Shown: piece by piece, positions 38,254-51,120 of the stretch
Numbering within the stretch: position 1 is the first letter of the stretch
Layout: every line of letters begins with the position of its first letter
Source: Squalus acanthias
Lineage: Eukaryota
Assembly (NCBI GenBank): GCA_030390025.1
Contig: CM059425.1
Location: 162,566,001 to 162,630,000 of the forward strand
Direction of reading: 5' to 3'
Length of the DNA stretch: 64,000 nucleotides
Notes under the pieces: generated by a model
The model's database searches: none
Told to the model about the DNA's origin: nothing
Seen by the model: only the letters and a program-made list of their open reading frames with translations
Position numbers and translations under genes: made by a program

Positions 38254-40341
38254 ATGGCACAACATGGGAGAGAGTGGACTCCAAAGTTTACCGACACTGC
38301 ACTGGAGGCCTTGGTGGAGGAGGTGGAAAGAAGAGATGTGCTGAATCCACAGGGGGCCTCCAGACACACGCTCAGAAGGCAGTGGTAGCAGATAGCCTTG
38401 GCGGTGGATGCCAGGAGTCAAGCCCCGAGGACCTGGATGCAGCGCCGTAAGAAGTTCAATGACCTCACACGAGTGGCCAAGGTGAGTGAATGCATCTTCA
38501 AATGCCATATCCCATCAACTGCACCACTAGCCTCAGCCACTGCTTAATGCACCACATCCCTATCACTCACTTACCAACAATCAACTATGAATGAGGACTC
38601 ATACCCAACATTAAATAAAAACAGAAAATGTTGGAAATACTCAGCAGGTCAGGCAGCATCTGTGGAGAGAGAAACAGTTGACGTTTCAGGTCGATGACTT
38701 TTTGCCAGCAGTTCTTATGAAAAGTCATCGACCTGAAATGTTAACTCTGTTTCCCTCTCCACAGATGCTGCCTGACCTACTGAGTATTTCCAGCATTTTC
38801 TGTTTTTATTTCAAGTTTCCAGCATCCGCAGTATTTGGCTCTCATACCGAACGTTCATAGCTTCAGCTCACTCTCACACACTTAGCACTGTTGCAAGCCT
38901 CACACCCACAGCTTACACACACTGCCAGCTATTCAAACATGACAGTCACATCACCCAAACAGATTGTACGACACTCAATGACACACAGCACCCTCTCTTG
39001 CAGGACAAGGTGGCGCACAACTGAAGGTAGCAGGAATAACCGGTGGGGGACAGGCATATCTGCATGTCCTAACCCCCAAGGAGGAGACGGTGCTGGCCAT
39101 TTTTGGAACAGCCATTGCTAAGACCGTGGCCAGCGGCGGGGCTGAAACCATAGAAGATGACGGCATCCTCATACCTAATCCTCCTTCTGATATCCCACTT
39201 CCTCCTCATCCCACAATCTCTTCTGATTTACAAGCTGTAGATGGTGTAATCACGTACTTCTTGCTTCCCCCCCCCCCCATCCCTCACCACAACCTTACCC
39301 TTGTGCCTTTCTCCTTTCAGATAGCCAAGAACTGCAATCTGGCCGGGCAGTGGTGAAAGAGCAGGAAGATAGTGAACATGAAGACACACCGTCACTCGAT
39401 CTCACACTCTCAGCCACCAGCTCAGATACTGACACTCCGCGTAATTTAGAGGATAGGTTAGAGGCAGGATCTGCATGTGGTGAGACACCGGACACGAATG
39501 CCCTGCAGCCAGGGCAGGGGGACAGGATAGGCAGGTGTCAGGTTGCTGGAGGGTGAGGTCGCAAGAGTTCTGCTGCAGAGGACTCAGATGAGCACTTCGA
39601 TGGGGCAGCCTACTTAAGAACGCTGATGGTTATGCACACTGAAATGCTTGGTGCTTTGGGAAGCCTGCCAGAAAGCCTGCATGCAATGTCAAGGAGCATG
39701 GAGGAGGCCGACACCAATTTGGCACAAAGCTTTGCGCAGAGCTTGGAGCCCATCCTTTCCAGCATGGAAGTGGTGGCCAACTCCATTAGCACACTTGTGG
39801 ACCCAGCCATGATGCAGCATCTGATGGCCGATGTCTCAGCTTCCATTGCAGCACAAGCAGCTGCCACCCAACGTCTGAGTGCTGTGGTGGAAGGTCAGAT
39901 TTCTGCCATCATGGCTCTGGATTCCAGTGTTCAAAGGGGCTAGCAGAGTGTCACAGCAGTCCAGCAATCTGTCCTCCAACAGATTACTAGGATTGCTGAG
40001 GTGTCGCTCCGGGGGAGTGGCAGTGGGTCCGTGGAGCACAAATCTCTCTGGATGACAGCATTCATCCTCCCATCACTGTCGCTCCGCCAGTGTTCTTGCT
40101 GTTGCCTAACAGCCAACCAACCCAGACTGCTGCTGCCCATGCCAAGATGGTGCAGTCTGCAGCTGGGCCTTCTAGACCCAGAGCTGCTCCCAGTCATCCT
40201 CCAAGGCCATCTGTAGTCTCCCCCACTGAAAGTCAGCAGCCTTCCACCAACCATGCTGCAGCCACTGGGGTAGCACTTCGTAGGAGCACTAGGACAGGCA
40301 CACAGAAGACAGGCATTAAGGGAATGCACAAGGGTGATTAG
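38254..40341 (+). pseudogene. Harbinger Myb/SANT gene, three exons (38254-38481, 39004-~39161, ~39321-40341), with stops and frameshifts
   Basis: PKFTDTALEALVEEVE...RKKFNDLTRVAK|GTGAGT. Exon 2 begins DKVAHN..TGG. Exon 3 has acidic and coiled-coil-like segments. Confidence 0.75.
38613..38840. repeat. Palindromic ~200-bp element with a 15-bp TSD, in Myb intron 1
   Basis: Near-perfect hairpin 38613-38811. Flanks CTCATACCCAACATT (38598-38612) and CTCATACCGAACGTT (38841-38855). Confidence 0.8.
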
Positions 40342-40489
40342 TTTACGTTTGTATGCAATATGGTATGATTTGTTTAATAAATTTGGTTTGGAATGTTTGT
40401 TTTATTTTGGCTTTTATTTTTGCATTGTGGCCAAGCTGACGCTGTGATGATCAGTGACAGAGGAAAGGTAGCATATGGAACTGTTGGTG

Positions 40490-41624
40490 AATGATGAATT
40501 GGGGTTGCGGTATCGCACTCGGATGAGTTCTTCACAGACAGCCTGGCCAGAAAGGGGCTGTCTGGGTTGCCTCCTCCCTTCCTCTTCCTCCTCCTCCTCC
40601 TCAGTTGCTCGCCGTATAGCTGGTGGCAAGGGCTGTGCCCTCATGATAGCGAGGTTGTGCAGAATGCAGCAAACCACCACGAATCTTGACACCCACTCTG
40701 CCGAGTACTACAGGGCTCCTCCAGAGTGGTCCAGGCAGTGATGTTTCTTCACGCCAATTGTCTGCTCTATCACATTTCGTGTGGCTTTCATTGTGTGCAT
40801 GCTGCGCATGTGTGTGTGGGTTGTGCACCGGAGTCATCAGCCATGTTTTCCGCGGATAGCCCTTGTCGCCCAGTAGCCTCCCTTTGGTTTGTTGTGGTGG
40901 CTCAGATGCAGCTAGCACAGCGGACTGCCGCAGAATGAAGGCATCGTGACTGCTGCCAGGATACCGGGCAGTGACCTGCCTGATTCGCTGCCTATGGTTG
41001 CACACCAACCGGACGTTGAGGGAGTGGAACCCTTTAATTTCCAGTACATGGCAGAGTTGACATGCGGTGCCCGCAAAGCGATGTGCATGCACTCAATGGC
41101 ACCCTGTACTATGGGGAAGCCTGCAATCCTAGCGAAGCCACGTGCTCACTCCACCTGCTGCTCTCTGGCAAGAGAGAATGAAATGTAGTCAGCTCTCTCG
41201 GAATAGAGAGCCTCAGTGACCTCCCTACGCAACAGTGGACGGCAAACTGCGAGATGTTGTAAATATCTCCAGCTTCAGCCGGGAAGGAGCTCGGTGCATA
41301 AAAGTTCATCGCCACGGTCACCTTCACAGCCACTGGCAACGCGGTCCTTGCCCTGCTCTGAGGTTGCAGTTGTGGCTGCAGCAGGTGGCAGATTTCAGTG
41401 AGGACGTCCTTACTGAAGTGCAGATGTGTCACACATTGTTCCTCGCTGCGGTTCAGGTAGGGGGATTGCTCCCTGAACACCCTGGGCAGATATGGCCTCC
41501 TGCTGAGAGCCCTTCTCCCCCTCATCCTCCTCCCTCTTCCAGTAGCTTGTCCTGCTCTATGTGCTCGCTGTTCATTCTTCAAGTCATGCTATATTCCAAG
41601 CGGAATTCCTACTAGTGCACCCAT
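40490..41624 (-). pseudogene. HARBI1-like DDE transposase, frameshifted
   Basis: Motifs ALPVAVKVTVAMNFYA, GFHSLNV.LVCNH, ARYPGSSHDAFIL, LLGDKGYP and VVCCILHNLA. Confidence 0.9.
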
Positions 41625-43394
41625 GTCTGGCAGCAAGTGATTTGTGCAGAAGTCTTGAAGTCAGTAAAATGTCCTTCAGGACCTGCCACACCACTCCCTG
41701 TAGACGTTGGCAACTTTAAACATCTATAGAAAGCATCAAACACTTATAGAAGCGTACCAACAGCCAGAAGAAATCAACCAGCAACTAACCTGTAAGTAGT
41801 TGCTGATCCCTTTAAATAGAGATGGTGGTGGGTCCTTCCTGCTGCTGAACATGTGTTCAGCTGTTCGAAGTTAAGAGAGGGCGTCAGCTGGAGCACTGAG
41901 CTCCGAAATGGCAGCGCTGGCGTCAAATCACACTAATTGACATCATGACCTGCCTGCTCTGCAGACTTCTGGCAGGTGTTCCTTCGCGCGTTAATGCCCT
42001 CATAATTATGGCGTCTAGCGTGATTCGCCCCACATGTGTGCGTGCGTGCTGCGGACGCCATTTTGGAGCTCTAAGGGTACTCCTAGCGCCCAAAAAACGG
42101 GTTCTACAGATCCGAATTTTGCACCCAGTCTGATTTATCGATGTTGATTGAGGGATAAATGTTGGCCAGGACCCTGGGAGAACTCCCCTGCTCTTTTTCG
42201 AATAGTGTCAGAGGATACCCGAGAACTGTAACACACATCCGTCACCTCTCAGATCAGTTAATTTAGCTTAGGTTGTGTAACTTTTTGGTCTGTATGGCTC
42301 AATTTCATGCTGGCCGTGCCTCTACCGACTGAGCCATCCGGGAATTATTTTTAATTGTGTGTCCAACCTGCATAAACTATTCTCCATTGCAGCTACACTG
42401 TCCATCAGGCAACAGGATTCCATAACATGTCTTAGAGATGCTTTATTGCTCATATGAAAACATATGTACAACTATCTATTACATATTAAAAATTTTACAT
42501 CTGCATGCATTTCCGATCAACTTTTCCATTTTAAATTCCTATTGCATGGCACCACATCCCTATTATTAGAAAATAGCATAATCCTCTGACTCACCGTGAC
42601 AAACCTCATGGGAGATCTGCTAGTAAATATTAATGGCAATTTCAACAAGGCAGCAATCTAATTGAGCAAACAGCAAAACCTATCATTTCAACCTACAGGT
42701 TAGGTTAATGCATTGAAATCTCCCAGTTAACTTATTAATAATATATGAGCTCAATTTCCATTGTGGAAAAGCAAATCTGATGAGGTGCAAAACAGGCTGC
42801 TGGTTCGCTATCACCAGTTTTATGTCCAGCAATAAAAGGTAAAATTACTCCCATGCACACATAATGGCCACTTGGGTGAGGTACCAGCTGGCAACACTGT
42901 GGAACTGTATCCATGCAAGGGATCAACTCCATCAGGAGAGGAGAGAGAACAGAAAATTGGTGAGGGGGAAAAAACACAGATCCTGGTCATGATGGAATCC
43001 TGGTCATGTGTATATTTCTATTGATAAAGATCATTCTTTTTTGATATACAGGAAGTTGAATCAATCGGTGCTCTGGTGTCTCATTTGAAAGGTTTAGGAA
43101 ATGCGAAGTAAAAATAGCTATTGAAATCAAGTCCTTGGATCATGAGAACTCTTTCAAAATTTCAAATGTTTCTCCCTTTACCCTCCCTCACCAAAGTCAG
43201 TGATGAACAATTAAAATTCTGACAAGTAATGGAACTTTAAGAAAGATTATAAATGTTGAAAGGTTTCAGATACTGAAGACATGCCTAGAAATTTATTGCC
43301 AATTTGATTTGCCCTGCTCAATGGACTAGACGATTGCTTATGTCATGAATTGAATCTTAGCTGTTCTCCTCACAGTATCAGTTCAACCATGATA

Positions 43395-46300
43395 TTACTG
43401 TGGTTGCAGAGTGACCAAGGTTAGGAACTAAATATTCCAGGATACTTGATTTTTAGAAGAGATAGGCAAAATGAAAAAGAGAAGGGGTTAGCCCTGATAA
43501 TAAAGGATAAGATAAACACAATAGAGAGAAAGGATCTTAGCTCAGAAAATCAAGATGTAGAATCAGTTTGGGTGGAGTTAAGAAACAATAAGGGGCAGAA
43601 AGCATCGGTGGGATTAGTTTATCGGGCCCCTAACAGTAGTTGTAGTGTCGGGCAGAGTATAAATCATGAAATTAGAGATGCATGTAACAAGCGTAATACA
43701 GTAATCAGGGGAGCTTTAATCTTCATATAGACTGGACAAACCAAATTTGCAGTAATAATGTGGAGGACGAGTTCATGGAATGCATTCAAGAGTGTTCTAG
43801 ATCAGTATGCTGAGGAACCAAATAGGGAACAGGCTATTTTAGATATAGTATTGTACAATGTGACAGAGTTAATTAATAACTTTGTAGTAAAGGAGTCTCT
43901 GGGGAAGAGTGATCATAATAGGATAGAATTTTATACTGAGTTTGAGAGTGATTTAGTAAATCCGAAACTAGGGTGTTAAATCTGAATAAAGCAAACTACG
44001 TAGGTATGATGGACAAGTTGGCTGAGGTAGATTGAGAAACTAGATCGTAAGATAAGTAGATAAGTAATGGCAAACATTTAAAGAAATAATTCATAATTTA
44101 CAACAAATATACATTCCCTTAAGGAATAAAAAACCCACGGGAAAAGTGGTCCAACCGTGGCTAACAGAAATTAAAGATAGTATTAGATTAAAGGAAGAGA
44201 CTTATAATATTGCCAAAAAGAGTAGTAAGCCTGAGGATTGGGAGAATTTTAGAATTCAGCAAAGGATGACCAAGAAATTGATAAAGAGAGAGAAAATAGA
44301 ATATGAGAGTAAACTAGCAAGAGACATAAAAACAGATTGTAAAAGCTTCTATAGGTATGTGAAAAGGAAGAAATTAGCGAAAGTAAATGTGAGTCCCTTA
44401 CAGGCAGAGACAGGAGAAATTATAATGGGGAATAAGGAAATGGCACAGACATTAAACAAATACTTTGTATCTACCTTCACAGAGAAAACACTAAAAACAT
44501 TCCGGAAATAGTGGGGAACCAAGGGTCTAGTGAGAATGAGGAACTTAAAGAAATTAGTATTAGTAAAGAAATAGTACTGGAAAAATTAATGGGACTAAAA
44601 GCCACCAAATTCCCTGGACCTAATGGTCTACATCCTAGGGCTAGAAATTCCCCTGGGTTTGCACATCCCATTAGCAGCTCCATTAACGGGGCGCTACCGG
44701 TTTTGTGACAGGGCGCGGTGAGAGTACCGACGCCTGCGAACTTCCCCAGCAGGTTAGCGGTGGCGGTAAACCCTAACGCCACAATCTCCTGCGCCCTGGA
44801 GATCGTGACTGCATCTGGTGCGCAGCGCCCCAGTACCTGCCCTGGATGCGAACTTGGCTTCCGCCCCCTGTAGCATTGCCGGGCGCCAACACTGGCTGCT
44901 GCAGGAGGTGTTGTCACCGCAGATGGCCGCTTGGGGAGCAGTAGTTAAAGGGATTGCAAGTGAGGTAGGCGTAAAATGTTTCATCAAGACTCTGTGCATT
45001 TTTTTCTATTTTTCAGGTGCCACAGTTGATCAGCCCTGCACTCTGTTAGAGTGCTTGGGGCTGATCGGCGCCGATTGGAGGTGCTGTCGGTGATCAGGGG
45101 ATTAGTTTTCTTACAGAGCCTGCAGCGATGGCCCTTCCCTTTAAGGGAGGGAAGGAGCCTCTGATCCCAGCAGAGTTGCACTGGACATTGTGCAGTGCTC
45201 TACCGCTACTGCCCCTCTTGCCTGGTTTAGCACTCCAAGGGAAGTGGTAGTGCTTGATTTAGCACTCCACTTCATTCCTGGAATGCTAAACCGGAAGTGC
45301 GCGTCCATTAGAATTGGTTAGCACTCGCCGATACTTTTGCGCTCCCGCAAAAGGTATCGCCCCACGTACCAATTTCTCCCCCCTAGGGTTTTAAAAGAGG
45401 TGGCTACAGAAATAGTGGATACATTGGTTTTAATCTTCCAGAATTTCCTAGATTTTAGAATGGTCCCCGTGGATTGAAAGGTAGCAAACGTCAAGAAAGG
45501 AGGGAAGAGAGAAAACAGGGAACTATAGGCCAGTTAGCCTGAAATCAGTAATAAAGAAATGCTAGAATCTATTATTGGGGAAATGGTAACAGGTCACTTA
45601 GAAAATCATAATATGATTGGGCAGAGTCAACACGGAATTATGAAAGGGAAATCATGTTTGACAAATCTGTTAGATTTTTGAGGTTGTAACTAGCAGGGTA
45701 GATAAGGGGGAACAAGTGAATGTAGAGTATCTGGATTTTCACAAAGCATTCGATAAGGTTCCATACAAAATTAGAGCTCATGGGATTGGGGGTAATATAT
45801 TAACATGGGTTGAGAATTGGTTAATGGATAGCAAACAAAGAGTAGGAATAAAGGATCATTTTCGGGGTGGTAGGCTGTAACTAATGAGGTACCGCAAGGA
45901 TCAGTGCTTGGGCCTCAGCTATTTAAAATCTATATCAACGATTTAGATGAGGGAACCGAGTGTAACGTATCCAAGTTTGCTGACGATAGAAAGCTAGGTG
46001 GGAAAGTAAGTTGTGAGGAGGATACAAAGAGGCTGCAAAGGGTTATAGACAGGTTAAGTGAGTGGGCAAGAATGTGACAGATGGAATGCAATGTGGAGAA
46101 ATGTGAAGTTATCCACTTTGGTAGAAAAAATAGAAAAGCAGAATTTTTTTTTTTTATAGTGAGAGTCTGGGAAAGGTTGGTATTCAGAGGGACCCGGGTG
46201 TCCTTGTACAGGAATCACAGAAAGTTAACATGCAGGTACAGCAAGCAATTAGGAAAGCAAATGGTATGTTAGCCTTTATTACAAAGGGATTGGAGTATAA

Positions 46301-46890
46301 GAGTAAAGAAGTCTTACAGCAATTATATAGGGCCACACCTAGAGTACTGTGTACAGTTTTGGTCTTCTTACCCAAGGAAGGATATACTTGCCATAGAGGG
46401 AGTGCAACAAAGGTTCACCAGACTGATTCCTGGGATGGGGAATTGTCCTCTGAGGAGAGATTGAGTAGACTAGCCCTATATTCTCTAGAGTTTAGAAGAA
46501 TGAGAGGTGATCTCATTGAAACATATAATATTCTTAAGGGTCTTGACATGATGGATGCTGGGAGGATGTTTCTCCTGGCTGGGGAGTCTAGAACGAGAGG
46601 TCACAATATCAGAATAAGGGATCGGCCATTTAGGACTGAGATGAGGAGAAATTTCTTCACTCAAAGGGTTGTGAATCTTTTGAATTCTCTACCCCAAAGA
46701 ACAGTGGATGCTCAGTTGTTGAGTATATTCAAGACAGAGATCGATAGATTTTTGGATACTAAAGGGATCAAGGGATATGGTGATAGGGCAGGAAAATGGA
46801 GTTGAGGTAGAAGACCAGCCATGATCTTATTGAATGGCGGAGCAGGCTCGAAGGGCCAAATGGCCTCCACCTGCTCCTATTTCTTATGTT
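43395..46890 (+). mobile_element. Long degenerate CR1 LINE (endonuclease plus RT), interrupted by a MITE
   Basis: ORFs 43446 (ESVWVEL..GLVYRAPN), 43758 (LGKSDHN), 44146 and 46230, plus the CR1 3' UTR. Confidence 0.92.
44638..45382. mobile_element. Non-autonomous Harbinger element
   Basis: Ends GGGCTAGAAATT / AATTTCTCCCCC. CTA TSD. Removing it restores the CR1 sequence catcCTAgggttttaaaagag. Confidence 0.85.
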
Positions 46891-47340
46891 ATTATTACCC
46901 AGATGAACACTTCATATAAAAGAAGAGACCAAAATTATTTGGCAATAAAATGGAATACATGTATTCAGGATTTCCAACTTTGAACATTGGGTTTTTAAAT
47001 AAAAGACATGTTAGCTATTAGAATTGAAAAAGTATGCTACCAAATCAGGGATATTAAAAAATTCTCTAATTAGGTACAATCGATCCCCTGTAGCATCAAC
47101 TCTGTTTTTAATTGCAGTTTAAGCTTAACAAGAATAACATTATACGAAAAGTGATACACTGAAGAAAAATGATCTTAACCCTGAAATAAAAACAGAAAAT
47201 TCTAGAAATACGCAAGTCCATCAGCATCTGAAAAGAGAAAAGACATTTCGGTTGCAAACTCTGTCAGAGCTCATGTGGAGCATAAACGCTGGCCTAGACT
47301 AGTTGAGCCGAATGGCCTGTTTCGGTGCTGTAGATTCTAT

Positions 47341-50300
47341 GGGAGAAAAATTTGTCCCCATAGCGTTTCCTGTTAGCGGCAGTAGATGGCGCTAATGGGG
47401 CGCTAGACCAGTATCACTGGGGCGAGGTGAATCCAGCGCCGCACGCCAAATCCAGCCCCCCGTAGCACCGTCGGTAAGAGGAATCGCCGGGAACATCAAC
47501 GCCGGGTAGATCGTGACGATAGTGAGTGTGCAACGCTCACTGACCGTCCGATTTACAAAACTGATTCTCGCCACTTACCTCACCGCCTAGAGTAAACACC
47601 AACGGGGAGAGTTGGTGTGGAGCACCAGGAAGCCAGCTCGAGGGACGTTATTTAAAGGGATCATCAGTAATCACTTGCAGCTATCAGGTTAGTGCAGTTT
47701 CAGTGGGTTTTTGTTAGTTTCACCCACTGCAACAGTTTCAATCAGTAATTTCAAGGTTCTTTGGTATCAGGAGTCTTCTGGCAACTAAAAAGTAGCTACA
47801 TTTATTCTGCTACACTTGGTAACATTAATGGGGGCTGTACTGGCATGCCACCTCGCCCTCCAGGATCTACGGCAGAGGGAGTGTAGGCAGCGAGAAAGAT
47901 GGGAACATGTGCGCAGAGGGAGGAGGAGGGCCATCAGGACTCTCAACAGGAGGCCTTACCTTCCGAGGGTACTCTGAGAGCACTTCTCCTACCTTCAATT
48001 AAGCGAGGAGCAGTGTATTAGAAGGCTCTGCTTCACCAAGGATATGGTCACTGAACTCTGCCTCCTCCTGCAACCAGACCTCGAGCCTCAGACCAGGACG
48101 ACCACGGCTCTCCCAGTGGCAGTCAAGGTCACCGTGGCACTTAATTTCTTCGCCAGCGGATCCTTCCAGTCTGCAATAGGAGACATAGCTAACATCTCAC
48201 AGTTCGCCGTCCATCACCTCATCTGGGAGGTCACTGAGGCTCTCTACAGCAGGAGCAGGGACTACATTGGCTACCCAATCACCAGAGAGAAGTAGGACGA
48301 GCATGCATGTGGCTTTGCCAGGATAGCGGGCTTCCCCATGGTGCAGGGCGCCATCGACTGCACCCACATAACTTTGCGGGCGCCGCATAACAATCCTGAC
48401 ATCTTCCGTAACCGCAAAGGCTACCACTCATAAAATGTGCAGTTGGTATGCAACCAGAGACAACGAATCCTAAGGGCTGGATTTTGTCATTGGGGGTGGG
48501 TTGGGGTCGGGTTAGGTGGTCGGCGGGTCCCACCCCCGCCTCCGAAGTGAGGCGGGGCAAATGAGCGATTTTGCCCTAATTGGGCACTTGATTTCCAGCG
48601 TGTGGGAACCCCTGGCCCAATGATTCTTTTGGTCTTGAAACTCACCTCTGATGATGTCATCTATGCAGCTGCATTTAAGGCCTGCAAGCAGCCTTGGTTC
48701 ATTTTCTGCCTTCTTCTTATTTACAACTTTTTGATTAGACTTCTGATGGATTAGGGCTCCAACCATGGCAAGCTCCAGACCAAAGTGTGCACCCCGTTTT
48801 GATGAGGACTCCCTCCAAGCGCTGGTGGAGGGAGCAAGAGCTAATAAGGAAGTGCTGTTTCCTTCTTCTGGGAAGAAAAAACCTCCCCAACAGACCAAAG
48901 CTGTGTGGCTGCAAGTGGCACAGGAGGTGAGTGCCATCTCAATGTGCAGCAGAACCTGGCTGCAGTGCAGAAAGAGGTTTCATGACCTTCTCCGCACAGG
49001 AAAAGTGAGTATTCCATCACCATCATCTCAATCTGATCCCCATCGCCTCTCATCACCAGCACTCTGCCTTGTCAACCTCCTCCTCCACATCCCACTTGAC
49101 CCTTACATCCCTACACCCTTAACCATTCCCTCTCTCTGTATGTTCACATTCACTTAACTATTCGACTATGCAGCCCTCACACTCCCTATCACTGTGATAC
49201 TATGACAACAACTTACAACACACAGGGAGGGCCCTTGGTCTTGGCACCTCACTCCATCTTTGTGTCCTTCTAAGCATCTATGCTATGGATTCTCTACACT
49301 CACTCCTTCATTCTCACTCAAACTCCACTTGTGTCCCTCATTGCAGGAAAAGAGAGCCCACAATAAGAGGGAAAGGGCGAGGACAGGAGAAGGGCCACCC
49401 TCAATAGCCCAGCTCACCACTGCAGAGGAGGCGGCCCTGGAGATCGTGGGAGTCGAGGAGGATGTGCAAGTAGGGGACGGACAGTCGGGCGCATCAGAGC
49501 AAGCTGGTGACAGAATAGTTTTGCATCTCTCTCATTGACATTGCATGAGTGACTGATCTTGATTCTAATGCTGTAACAGATTGACTTATGATAATCTGCA
49601 CACTTCAATGTGCATGCAACGTTTATCTCACATGCCTAACTCTTTCCTTTACTCCCCCACAGGACCATCGACAGCCCCCCTCCCCACTGTCCAGGAGGAA
49701 CAGCCTGAACTACCAGACTCCTCAGAGGAAGCTGCAACCTCTGAGGGCGCAGCGTCAGCAGAATTAAGCACACCCAGCACCAGCGCAGACACTCACACCT
49801 CGGTGGGACCTTCAGCGAGATAGAGCAGTGTTGTCACCTGGTGAATCACAGCTCACAAGTGAGCATCAGCAGATGGTGGAGACAGAGACAGCAGTGGAGA
49901 GTCCTCGTCGGAGGGCGCAGGACTCTCCCAGCTCAGCTCAGCTGCATGTCGACCCTGTGTGTCCGGGTCCATCCAGAAGGAGAGCGGTGCTGTAACTTCA
50001 GGAACAGGTGCAGGAGTCTCTGGCAGGTTTTGTCTCCGGGGTCGCTGCAAGTGTGGAGCGAATGGAGGAGTCCATCGCTAACATGAGCAGAGCCTTTCTG
50101 GAGGCATTGGCGCATGAACCCCAGAGGACGCCCGCCAAATGTGTCGAGGCAGGAGCAGCAAGAAAATGAGCAAGGGGCCTCCACATCTGCTGAAGCCACA
50201 GGGGAAGCACCACATAGGAGCACGCGTAAGAGGAAGATAAAGCACAAGTAGTCACAAGGGTACTCACTTGGGTGCCCTTTCCAGCAGGGATTGCAGGACC

Positions 50301-51120
50301 ACCTCAGGATGAGGACAAGGCACAGGAGGATGAGGATGAGGAGGAGGATGAGGAGGAACAGGAGGGAGGGAGGAGGCAACGAGACAATCAGTCTTCTGGA
50401 CGGACTGTCTGTGACCGGCTCATCAGACTCCGATTCACATGAGTGAAACCCCAGATCCCTGTAGCTCACCACATCCCCATCATACAACCCTTGTGGTACA
50501 GATGGTGGTACGTAGCATTTGTTGAAGCACTCGCTCACCCTGACCACCCAAGTGAGATTATTAAATTTCTTCCTGCACTGTGTGTGGGTCCTGGGGACCA
50601 CAGTGCTGCCCGAGACGTGCTGCGTTACCTCCCTCCACATGGTGCAGAAGACTTGTGGCAAGGGCCTCCTGCCACTTGTTGGGCAGAGCACCGCCCTCCA
50701 TCTCTCCACAGCGAAAACCAATGACTCCAATGCTTCATCGGAGAATCTGCGGGCTCTCTCCCTGGGGCGTGGACCAGCCATGAGCACACCTACTGCAGTC
50801 CTCTGGCTCTTTCTCCTTGTTCTGCTTCTGCTTGCTGAGGCAGCTGCACAGCCAGCAATGCTGAGAATGAAGTGCTGCAGCATCAATTAACCTCCCCTTT
50901 AAGTAGTGAAAAAAGCCTGTGGCAATGATGAGTTGCGATTAGACTACACCCGATATTGGTCCACCCTTTAAGTTTAACACCAATGAGCTTGGGTTTTAAG
51001 ACTTGATTTAGGACTCCAATCATTTTATTGAGCAGTGAGGACGAATTTTGCATCTAGCGCTAATTCTCCAACTTTTCTACTGACACCGCCCATTCCTTGG
51101 GTATAACGAGTTTCTAGCGC
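47341..51120. mobile_element. Harbinger element: transposase on + (47828-48473 and ~50275-50442), Myb exon 1 on - (~50545-50782), with a nested second Harbinger
   Basis: Ends GGGAGAAAAATTTG / CGAGTTTCTAGCGC. TAT TSD. Motifs LNFFASGSFQ and VQGAIDCTH; RERARRFSDEALE..QCRKKFNNL. Confidence 0.82.
48474..50270 (+). mobile_element. Nested Harbinger element with a three-exon Myb gene (48765-49004, 49347-49506, 49663-~50251); right end lost
   Basis: Starts GGGCTGGATTTT after TAA, inside the transposase. Colinear with the 13065-16550 copy. Confidence 0.8.

Larger units (their letters stand above)
37953..42126. mobile_element. Full-length (decayed) PIF/Harbinger transposon with convergent Myb and transposase genes
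   Basis: Ends GGGGGCTAAATTCG / CGAATTTTGCACCC flanked by AAT/AGT. It splits a SINE-like repeat (37790-37952 | 42127-42220). Confidence 0.85.

Noticed and set aside
40490..41624. Domesticated host HARBI1/NAIF1 genes
   Set aside because: The copies are multiple, frameshifted, bounded by TIRs/TSDs and intronic, so they are transposon relics.
49933..50886. 317-aa minus-strand ORF as a novel gene
   Set aside because: It is a chimeric read-through of Harbinger Myb exon 1, antisense transposase C-terminus and antisense nested Myb exon 3.
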